Source: Paraspadella gotoi (lineage: Eukaryota; Animalia; Chaetognatha). Taken from it: a stretch of 8,385 bases of DNA. The position numbers were made by a program, and so were the translations under genes. The stretch is taken from NCBI GenBank assembly GCA_051294375.1, contig JBJCIZ010001265.1, positions 1 to 8,385 on the forward strand, given 5' to 3'. Positions 1 through 8,291 of this stretch are shown piece after piece (within the stretch, counting starts at the first letter, position 1; every line of letters begins with the position of its first letter). Under the pieces are notes generated by a model. The model saw only the letters and a program-made list of their open reading frames with translations, did not search any database and was not told the DNA's origin.

Positions 1-593
1 TTGGATCAAAACGAGTTCGATTTTAACCGAAAGTTGATCGATTCAAAGCGCGATTTTCGAGACCGTATTTTTGCCATAACTTTTGAACGGATTATTCGAT
101 TTTGATAAAATTTTGCATGTAGATAATATTTTTAATTTCCTTTCGATTATTTAAAAATACTAAATAGTTTAGAAACGATGCTCATCCCCATTTGATCATA
201 AGGATGGTGATGTTTGCATTCATTTTTATTAACAAAGTACTTTAATATAAATTATCAAACCGGTTGCGTTTCCGAAACGTCTGTATTTTGCATGAGAAAT
301 ACCCGCGCACATCGAGGCTGCAACTAATTTTCTTCTCGCTTCGCGAGTCGGGTCCGAATCATAAACAAAGGAATTTTGACAATTCCTACATTTCCATTTC
401 ATATGGAGGCTTCCGCCACGTCCACGTGTCGACTGCCGAATCGGAACCCAGTGCCCCGTCCCGATACAAACACAAACCTATTGCCAAATGACTAAAATGA
501 CAGCATTTATATATTAGTTAAAATATGAATATGAATATGTAATGTTAAATAATTATTACACAATATTAATATTAATATTAATATTAATCTCCT
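1..593. repeat. Left arm of long inverted repeat (truncated by window start)
   Basis: Reverse complement of 3080-3676 along its whole length: ttggatcaaaacgagttcga (1-20) vs tcgaactcgttttgatccaa (ends 3676); inner end atctcct (ends 593) vs aggagat (starts 3080). Differences are scattered, mostly short indels. Confidence 0.97.
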
Positions 594-680
594 ACAATCG
601 CATGCATAGATTTTTGATCAGTTCATATCTTATATTCATATTTGCTTATATATTTATTTACTATGTTTTATCGACTCCAG

Positions 681-745
681 AGAGAGAGACTGCGAATCAC
701 GGATGAAACTGATCAGCCAAAGAAACGTAGAAATGGCCACTACAG
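681..745 (+). other. Candidate isolated exon
   Basis: GC-richer island between ctccag (675-680) and gttta (746-750); one frame reads RERLRITDETDQPKKRRNGHY(R). No convincing partner exon; frame ambiguous. Confidence 0.25.
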
Positions 746-1031
746 GTTTATATTTTTATAATAATAATATTTATAATTTCATTTTTCACAATTTCCTTTT
801 CTCCTTCACATCACTATTCATTAATAGTTAATTGTTAAATACTTATTCAGTTTACAAAATATTTTATTTGTTGTACATTTCATAATGTATTATTTTCTCT
901 GTCCCTGTCTCTCTCTCTATTTGACCATTTAACTACTTTTTAAAACTAAAAATCTCTATCTATTCTCACCTTTAGCCTGTTCTCACCATTTGACCACTAT
1001 CTTTTCCTCAACTCTGTGTTGGAAACTTTGC

Positions 1032-1086
1032 CCTCTCTCTGTTTATCTTTCTCTCTCTCTCTCTCTCTCTCTTCCTCTCTCTCTCC
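1032..1086. repeat. (CT)n microsatellite in unit 1
   Basis: Interrupted CT dinucleotide run about 50 bp upstream of hammerhead 1. Confidence 0.95.
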
Positions 1087-1131
1087 CCTTCTTTTGCATA
1101 AAAAATCTGTCAGATAATCAAACACTAAATT

Positions 1132-1174
1132 GACGCTGATGAAGGCTTTTACATAAGCCGAAACATGTACGTTT
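1132..1174 (+). ncRNA. Minimal type I hammerhead ribozyme, copy 1 (intact core)
   Basis: CTGATGA 1136-1142, extra A 1143, stem II GGCTT 1144-1148/AAGCC 1155-1159, GAAA 1160-1163, palindromic CATG 1164-1167, GTA triplet with predicted cleavage after 1169, stem I GACG 1132-1135/CGTT 1170-1173. Confidence 0.88.
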
Positions 1175-1560
1175 TCTTCTTGAAAATAAATCGTTGTTGT
1201 TATTAAAACTCAAATTTTGTTTCTAATAATTTATTTAAAAATTCTTTGCCCGGACTCGGGGGGGGGGGGGGCAGCTCATTTTGAGCTCTTTCTTCTCTTA
1301 ATTTTCACTTAACTCTCATCTTATCTATTCCTCACAACTTACCTCTCCATTTCATTTTTCATTTTTCTTACTTAATTAATTTATTTAAGTTTAACTAATT
1401 TATCCTTGTTGTACATTGCCAAATGTAACTTTTTTTTCTCTCTCTCTCTCTCTCCTCTCATTTTACACAATTTCAACTTAACTTTCCTCTTCTTCCCTGT
1501 CCTTATCTTCACCTGTCCTCACATCAGACCACTATCCTTTACTCAATTCTTTGTCGGAAA

Positions 1561-1574
1561 CTCTCTCTCTATAT

Positions 1575-1614
<40 letters not shown>
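1561..1614. repeat. (CT)n microsatellite in unit 2 (a second CT tract at ~1438-1459)
   Basis: CT dinucleotide run about 40 bp upstream of hammerhead 2. Confidence 0.95.
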
Positions 1615-1615
<1 letters not shown>

Positions 1616-1650
1616 ACTCAATGTTTGTAGAGAAAAAATATTGTCAAACC

Positions 1651-1694
1651 AAACGCTGATGAAGACTCGCAAAACAAGAGTCGAAACATGCCCG
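1651..1694 (+). ncRNA. Minimal hammerhead ribozyme, copy 2 (catalytic strand intact, own cleavage site defective)
   Basis: CTGATGA 1656-1662, extra A, stem II GACTC 1664-1668/GAGTC 1678-1682, GAAA 1683-1686, CATG 1687-1690, then CC (U16.1 replaced by C). Only 2 bp of own stem I. Confidence 0.78.
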
Positions 1695-1800
1695 ACTAAT
1701 ATCTGTCTAATAAAATTGTTATTTGCTAACAAAACTGTTTTTCCTAAAAAATTCTTAATAGTTAATGTTATTGTCAGAATAATTAATTTTAAATACTTAC

Positions 1801-2808
1801 TGAATTAAAAAGCTTAGATAACGTGATTAAGCTTCCAACTGAGCCAACAAAAAGTTGGTTCATATCTATAGTAAATCTTGCTCCGCCGCCATCTTCCTCT
1901 TCAAAGTCGTCGTCTCCATATTCATCATCGTTTTCATCATCATCTCTTTCGGCATTCTCCTCAACAGACTCATTGTCTGAACTGTCTTCGTTCAGGGGCA
2001 AATAATCTTTATCCATCGGATCATTGTCCTCGTCGTCATCATCGTCGTCGTCGTCCAAACTTGACGACCGCGACCTTCAGTTTATTTTATATAAAAAAGG
2101 TTTTTTCAGATGATAATAATTTTTTTTACCTTTGGAGATCAACCGGAGAGGTTTTTTGGGATGTAGGTCGCAAACGTTTTCTTGACTCTAAATTGTTTAT
2201 TTAATAAAAGGGAAAGAAAAAAAGGCTTGTTCTTTCGTTTTTTATCGTGGTTTTGCACATAAGTGTCGTCGTCGTCGTTGTTGTTGTTGTCGTCGGCGTT
2301 CCAAATTATAGATCGCCTTTTTTATTATTATTTATTAAATTTGCATGTATGAAGCTGAAAATTTATATACAGCTTCTCATCATCGAGGTATTAAATATGT
2401 TTTGTTTACGTTTTATCAAAACAAACAAATTTTTTTATGTCTCCTTCTCTCTCTCTTTTCTCTTTTAATTATATGTAGCTCTTTCTTTTTCCTTTCTATT
2501 CTTTCTTTCCTTTCTATTCTTTTTTGTTTTTATTTATTCTTTTCTTCTTTTTCTTTCTGTTTATAAATTAATTTTCTTTTCTCAAATTTGATTTTTTTTA
2601 TTAACTAAATTTGTCGTCAATCCAGATTTTTCTAAAGCAATTGCGACGATCCTTATGCTTTTAAGTTACTCTTAAAAATGTATTAATTACATAATTAATG
2701 ATTACCGTCTCGTGGAGGTCTGCATTGGTTGTCTTCAACCGAAGGCGTCTTCGCCCAACGAGCCAAACATGCCGCCGAGACTTTCCTCTTTCCTTTCAGT
2801 CTTGGCAT
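1801..2808 (-). pseudogene. Three-exon 5' part of a gene, 145 codons, 3' portion not found (possible transposase N-terminus)
   Basis: Exons 2808-2706 (ATG; donor GTAAT, phase 1), 2187-2130 (acceptor TTTAG; donor GTAAA, phase 2) and 2074-1801 (weak acceptor GAAG; donor GTAAGT, phase 0) join in frame: MPRLKGKRKVSAACLARWAKTPSVEDNQCRPPRDESRKRLRPTSQKTSPVDLQRSRSSSLDDDDDDDDEDNDPMDKDYLP...NQLFVGSVGSLITLSKLFNS. A possible non-coding first exon ends at a GTAAG donor at 3034. Confidence 0.62.
2264..2295. repeat. (GTC)n/(GTT)n trinucleotide microsatellite
   Basis: gtcgtcgtcgtcgttgttgttgttgtcgtcg, within predicted intron 1 of the minus-strand gene. Confidence 0.9.
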
Positions 2809-3079
2809 ACTAGAAGAGAGGAGATCGCCTCTGACCGATTTTCAGCAACACCGTCGACGAGCTTTCTTCTTTTGTAAATCAAAGATAAAAAAAATAAGTT
2901 AAAAACAAAGTTTTACCAAAAACAAACGAAAGTCGGTAAAAAAAAAATTTATCGCCCGAATTTTTGAATAATGTTTTTATACGGCCTTTTTTTTTTACGT
3001 TACGCACCACAAATTTTGTTCGTCTTATCCTTACTTGCCGTCGTAGAAAAAGTCGGAAAAAAACGAAGAAAACCGACGG

Positions 3080-3676
3080 AGGAGATTTAATATTAATATT
3101 ATATTAATATTGTGTAATATTATTTAACATTACATATTCATATTCTATTTTTAACTAATATATAAATGCTGTCATTTTAGTCATTTGGCATTAGGTTTGT
3201 GTTTGTATTGCGGGACGGGGCACTGGGTGTCCGATTCGGCAGTCGACAGACGTGGACGTGCGGAAGCCTCCATATGAAATGGAAATGTAGGAATTGTCAA
3301 ATTTCCTTTGTTATATGATGTCGGACCCGACTCGCGAAGCGAGAAAGAAATTAGTTGCAGCCTCGATGTGCGCGGGTATTTTGCAAAATACAGACGTTTG
3401 GAAACGCAACCGGTTGATAATTTATATTAAAGTACTTTGTTAATAAAAATGAATGCAAACAATCACCATCCGTTATGATCAAATGGGGATGAGCATCGTT
3501 TCTAAACTATTTATGATATTTATTAAATAATCGAAAGGAAATTAAAAATATTATCTACATGCAAAATTTTATCAAAATCGAATAATCCGTTCAAAAGTTA
3601 TGGGCAAAAATACGGTCTCAGAATCGCGCTTTGAATCGATCAACTTTCGGTTAAAATCGAACTCGTTTTGATCCAA
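3080..3676. repeat. Right arm of long inverted repeat (may extend towards the gap at 3793)
   Basis: Reverse complement of 1-593. The true outer terminus and any TSD cannot be determined because the partner sequence lies outside the window. Confidence 0.97.
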
Positions 3677-3792
3677 CAAAGATTTTTCTACTACACGTAA
3701 CTAAGCTTAAAACCGGTAATAGCGATTAGGCGCGATCCGGGCCTCATAAGAAGCAGGAACGAGGTAATCATTTTCAATTTGACGATGAATTG

Positions 3793-3817
3793 NNNNNNNN
3801 NNNNNNNNNNNNNNNNN
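3793..3817. other. Assembly gap (25 N)
   Basis: Run of 25 n characters; adjacency across it is unverified. Confidence 1.
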
Positions 3818-4428
3818 TGAAAATCCGCGACGGAGTAAACAATTCGTATAAAGTTTTTTACCTTTATCTAACAAACCAGAAATTTGTACTTTTTTGTAAC
3901 GAAATAGTAAAACTCGAAAACTTTTCATGATAAAATATACCGATGCATTGTTGATGTATTTCTGCTTTTCTCTACAAACTCAGGACGGATTATTTGATCA
4001 GTTCATGTCTTATATTTTTATTTGCTTATCAAAAGTAAAGTATCCTTTTTAGTACTTTAAAAAAAAATATTACTATATCCTAAATGTTTGAGATTTCAAA
4101 AAACGTCCGTGGGTTTGATGACGAGGAATAAAAGAAACATACATGCAAAGTTTGGAACTTTTTCAGGTCAACCCAGAGGAAGAAGAACTTATTTTTGCAA
4201 AAAAACCTTTCTCTCTATATCTCAGCTGATGATGAGTTAAAAATTTTTTGAAAACGGTTTTTTGGTAAAGCGGCGACCGACGTTCAGGCGTGATGTGAGA
4301 GAAATAATGTATCATTAGTACTTATTACTAAATAGAGGCCAATTAAAAAGACACAGTCCCCTTACCACTAGCGCGATGTGGAGCGGGCTATCAAAGAAAA
4401 GGCAGGAAAAGGCGGTGTTAGAGTCGTT

Positions 4429-4495
4429 GCGGCGGCGGCGGCGGGCGGCGGCGGCGGCGGGCGGCGGCGCCGGGCGGCGGCGCCGGCGGCGGCGG
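4429..4495. repeat. (GGC)n GC-rich simple repeat
   Basis: Interrupted GGC run, followed by a GGAGT/GGAGG-rich purine tract to ~4715. Confidence 0.95.
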
Positions 4496-5830
4496 TGATA
4501 AACGCAGGAGGAACACGTGCCTACCTGGAATCTGGCGTTTTGAGGACCAGGTAGATGTGTCAGTGGTGAAGGAGGCGGAAGTGGAGTGGATTTTCCTGGT
4601 TGGAGTTCCTGGTGAGTGGAGGCGGAGTGGAGTGGAGTGAGCGACGGAGTTTCCTAGGAGGAGTGGAGGCGGAGTGCGCCTCGGGATCTTGGGTGGGAGT
4701 GGACGTTGGGGAGTCGGCATAACGATCGCGATAATGCTTCGTGAACGAAAAAATCGCGCAACACTACCGCCCTTCTGGATACTTGAGTTCAGATTTTTTC
4801 TATCGATTCGAGATCGATTCGATTGTCTTTACGTAATGCAGTGATATGGCTTGTATAAATTTGGAAAAATCTTGGAAGTAGTTAATCTTGGGATTTCAAT
4901 GGAGGTTACGGACAAAAGAGAAAGGGATACCAACATCTTTTACGCGCCGACCGCTGATTACCCCACGAGTACGGGTAGCACTACTATCAATTGACTTACA
5001 CGGACCTGTAGAAGAGTCAGAGATAAGATAACACTGTTTTATTAGTTAATACTTTGACCTATGCCCTTTTTACTATAACTATATTTTTTTAGAAGGAGAC
5101 CTCTTACATGACCTGATTTTAGAAAAGTGAGACGTTTGGCCCATTCGAAATTTTTTTTTTTCCTTTTGGCTATAAGATTTATAGGACATATACGACGTTA
5201 TTCGCACAGTTATCTGAGAATTCCTGGGCCGATTATATTTTTTCTGCGTTATTGTTTACTTTGTACTACTTATTAGGATGACGCCTAGCCTGCAATGCGC
5301 AGCGCAGCATTTTCGAGTTTTTTACTTCTCCGCCTTGAGTTGTCATCGATGGAGGCTTAAGGTGCTAGTCTTGTTGAGTTCATTAACTATTAGATCAGTT
5401 AGATACTGGTCTATGTGCAGCCGGGGGCCACGCTGGTCGGCGTTCGAGTGGCGAGGTGGGCACTGAACGACTAGGAGGCATTTTATCGGGTTTTGCATTT
5501 CACTAAACTTGTTTATCGTGGCAGTGCCTTACTTTAATTTTTGGCTTCTACTGGATCACTCTTGCATCAGCTTCGCACCGATATAGTTGGCAATCGGTTT
5601 TCAGCTCGAGGGGTCGGATTATATGTTGATTTGACTATGATAGCAATAAAACTATAATTAAAAGACAATGATAATGATAAATTGATACAATGAGTAAAAT
5701 TAAACTAATAACGATGATGATGGTTTAATAATATCCAAAATTTATCATATCTGAATCCTGCTTATTTTATTATATACAAGTTGAGCTAACAATGTCATAT
5801 CTTCCTACGATAATTTAGCAGTAATCAGCT

Positions 5831-5911
5831 AAAAAGTATGTAACTTGAAAAAAAATTATGCAAGTTAGAAAAAAGTATGCAAGTTGGAAAAAGTATGCAA
5901 GTTGGAAAAAA
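5831..5911. repeat. Tandem minisatellite, ~4 copies of ~18-20-bp aaaaagtatgcaagttgg
   Basis: aaaaagtatgtaacttg, aaaaattatgcaagttag, aaaaagtatgcaagttgg, aaaaagtatgcaagttgg. Confidence 0.92.
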
Positions 5912-6290
5912 CAGTTTATTTGATTGCTCAAAAAAACTTACTTTTTTTTATCTTGTAGAGAAGACAATAAGATATCCGAAACCGTACTGATATGTATGAT
6001 TTGATCTATTTTACAAAAGATCTCGCAGTTTTTTTGGGAAAATGGAAAAAACGGCCTGACCAGTCCATTTAAATACTATTTTTGGGCATGATAAAATGGG
6101 AATTTTGATCGCGCTCTACCTCCATTGGCTTCCCAAGAATCCCAGCTTTCGAAATATGCCCATATTGATATAGTTAGTTTTGAATAGAAGTGAAATATAG
6201 AGGAATCTTCATCGGAACTTCAATTCGAACGATGAGCATCCCTAGATCAAAGCAATCACAACTACCAAAAGTCTTTTATTCTTTCTGTAG

Positions 6291-6436
6291 GACTCGAGTT
6301 ATATCGGTTAAAAACCTTCAACAAAATCGGACGTGACATCGTGACGCCCATAGAACAGACATTACAATCACGTATACGAGAAAATCGAGACGTTCTTCGC
6401 CAACGCCCAGATGAGAACTTGGGATCATCCAAACGA
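6291..6436 (+). CDS. Internal exon of a Mutator-like/Kolobok-type DDE transposase (region before the first catalytic Asp)
   Basis: Acceptor ttttattctttctgtag (ends 6290), donor gtgagt (6437), open frame (G)LELYRLKTFNKIGRDIVTPIEQTLQSRIRENRDVLRQRPDENLGSSKR, phase-0 end. Resembles the GL/NL-x4-TF-xx-I-x4-P/A-I segment I recall from these transposases. Confidence 0.62.
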
Positions 6437-7424
6437 GTGAGTTTTATTGGGATTAAGTATTTATGAATTAATGTATCCTTTTCTTTCCACCAAATGTAGT
6501 ATACAATCAGTGGCTGTGCCAATACATGGAAATCGCTATCAAGGGCTTTTATTGAGCACAAATTGTAGATGGCGTGGCATAAACTCACTTTGACGTTGCA
6601 GCGCCATCTAACGAAGTTGACGAGCAACTTGAGAAGTCGGTCGGTCGAGAAGCGCCGAGAGTGTGGGCGCTGATTTGATCACTGACCGGAAGTGACTTTG
6701 GCGCTGACACTCAGGATGATTGCAAAGTTTATCAAGATTTGTATTATAAGTTTCATAAACCAACTTCCAACATAAAATCAACCTTAATAAAATAATCAAA
6801 GCATAGAGATATTCCGTTGCTTATGCCATTAAGCAATCACAATATCTATATGACTAAAAATTGCAAGAAATCAATTAATTAATTATCTAATTAATAACGA
6901 GTGAAATGGTGAACACCATAATAATTAATAAGTAATCAATTAGTAACGATAACGGATTCAAGTTGAGTTACTAAGTTGTGAAAAAGTTAAAATGGTTTCC
7001 AAGCAGAACTAAAGAATCATAATAATTAGTTTCTCTTCAGTCAGCTGATTTTCATTTGGATTGTTCATTTGTTTAGTAATATCAAAAGAGAAACAACCAA
7101 TTATATCAAACAATATAAAACATTAATATTGGATTAAGTAGACCTGTTTCAAGGGTGACACTGGCTGAGTCTCCACTCATGGCTGAAAGTTTAAGAGTTT
7201 GAGGCCAGTTCCTGATAACATTTTTATTATTTGATAATTAGTTTAAAAATAGTTTAAACGATAATAAGAAAGTTTCGAAATTATAAACATTTCCATCTGT
7301 GATGGCTAATAAATTAGAATGGATCAGAGTGGAGGATTAATCTCGGGTTCTAAATCTATAAAATAATCATTTGGAACCTAAAAAATATTTTATAAAATAA
7401 AATGTTCTATTTTTGCTTGCATGA

Positions 7425-7998
7425 TTTTAATCGGATCTGCTTATAGCAGATTCTGACTATAATTCACTTGGTTGGTCCGCCCCACAAATTTTGTCGGTAA
7501 ATCATTTTTATCATAACAGAACATCGAATTATGATAAATTCTGCAAAAAAAAGATGTCCGTCAGTCCGTCTGTCTGTCTGAAAGTCCGTTCCACCTAAAC
7601 TCTAAATACCCGTGATTGGATGGTTGGATTGGATTGAAATTTTGTCTGTGGGTAGTTGTTTCAAAGATTGATTGATAAATTTTCATTACATCAATTATCG
7701 ATTATCATCGCATTTACAATAATCGCATCAATCAATGCCTATCAATCAAAATTACACAAGTTGAAAAAATTATGCAAAATATTAATTGTGCTGCAGTAAC
7801 AGTTCAGTCTAATCTGTTGAAAGCGATTTACATGATTTGGTGCAGCCACAGGTTCTTTGACGTATTATTTGATCAGTTGATTGATAGATATTTTCATAGA
7901 TTTATTAGGAAGTCTGTTATGATTTGTTTTGTTATGAACTGTTATGATCAGTAGAGATTACAAAGAATTAATCAAAGGCAGATCCGACTCAAACTTGT
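7425..7998 (+). mobile_element. DINE-1/HINE-like non-autonomous Helentron-type element
   Basis: T-run, then subTIR tcggatctgc (7431-7440) with an adjacent imperfect inverted copy gcagattctga (7446-7456); (GTCY)n microsatellite 7556-7589; distal perfect inverted subTIR gcagatccga (7978-7987); ends in cttgt. A separate 3' stem-loop is not obvious. Confidence 0.7.
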
Positions 7999-8129
7999 CA
8001 CATGTTGCATCATTTTTCATATACAATTTTTATATTCATTTTTTATATTCATTTTCTCAACTATATCCTTTTTTTAACTACATTAATTTTTAACTAGCAT
8101 TATTTTTTTACCTTGCACTATTTTTAAAG

Positions 8130-8291
8130 GCCGTCATTTGCGTCGACATGGCGTGGCAGATAAGACGCCAATCTCCCTCTGGGACGGCGACTATAAAAGA
8201 GGTTACAGCTAAAAACGACCCACATCCAGGCATGATTCTTGCATATAAGCATGTTTCGCATTATGCCCTTCCTGGAGAAGTACCTTTTGAG
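8130..8291 (+). CDS. Exon of Mutator-like/Kolobok-type DDE transposase containing the putative first catalytic Asp
   Basis: Acceptor tttttaaag (ends 8129), donor gtaatg (8292), 162 nt, phase 0/0: AVICVDMAWQIRRQSPSGTATIKEVTAKNDPHPGMILAYKHVSHYALPGEVPFE. Matches the recalled pattern hxhxxD(M/G)xWQxR-x-SxxG...GxhL. In phase with exon 6291-6436. Confidence 0.7.

Larger units (their letters stand above)
868..1246 (+). repeat. Hammerhead-containing direct repeat unit 1 (Penelope-like pLTR / retrozyme-like)
   Basis: Colinear anchors shared with unit 2: ttgttgtacatt (868/1406), gaccactatc (992/1527), ggaaact (1021/1556), (CT)n tract, acgctgatgaag (1133/1653), cgaaacatg (1159/1682), aataaa (1185/1709), aaaaattctt (1237/1747). 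Similarity may begin further upstream (atttcatttttca at 776/1349). Confidence 0.8.
1406..1756 (+). repeat. Hammerhead-containing direct repeat unit 2
   Basis: Diverged colinear copy of 868-1246; hammerhead cores are 520 bp apart (1136 vs 1656). Confidence 0.8.
1..3676. mobile_element. Putative non-autonomous long-TIR (foldback / Mutator-like) DNA transposon
   Basis: Inverted arms of at least 590 bp around a ~2.5-kb interior holding a truncated spliced gene that starts just inside the right arm. No catalytic domain seen inside. Superfamily is inference; an assembly artefact is not excluded. Confidence 0.65.

Noticed and set aside
264-491. 75-aa ORF in the left arm
   Set aside because: Non-ATG start, and indels in the right-arm copy break the frame.
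2343-2383. Minus-strand hammerhead-like relic ATGATGA-GAAGCTG...CAGCTTC-ATACATGC
   Set aside because: The 7-bp hairpin is real, but C3, the GAAA box and U16.1 are all non-canonical and the flanks do not match the repeat units.
1406-2566. Plus-strand ORFs 1406-1630, 1823-2005, 1878-2204, 2247-2468, 2345-2566
   Set aside because: Translations of microsatellites or T-rich tracts, or antisense shadows of the acidic exon.
3707-3928. ORF spanning the N gap
   Set aside because: Open only because of the Ns; no motif.
4226-4256. Third CTGATGA...GAAA motif
   Set aside because: No stem II closing pair and no helix III/NUH site; likely chance.
4340-4378. tRNA/SINE A-box-like gcgctagtggtaag on the minus strand
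   Set aside because: No B box (GTTCRA) or cloverleaf downstream.
4959-4988. Helitron 3'-end-like hairpin taccc...gggta
   Set aside because: Only a 5-bp stem, followed by ctact rather than CTRR; no 5' end identified.
5831-5911. CRISPR-like array
   Set aside because: Repeats are contiguous with no unique spacers; eukaryotic context.
5959-5993. Small candidate exon upstream of 6291
   Set aside because: Its only open frame creates TGA when spliced to 6291.
6262-6799. Minus-strand ORFs of 121 aa and 63 aa
   Set aside because: No recognisable motif; the 121-aa ORF is antisense to the better-supported plus-strand exon 6291-6436.
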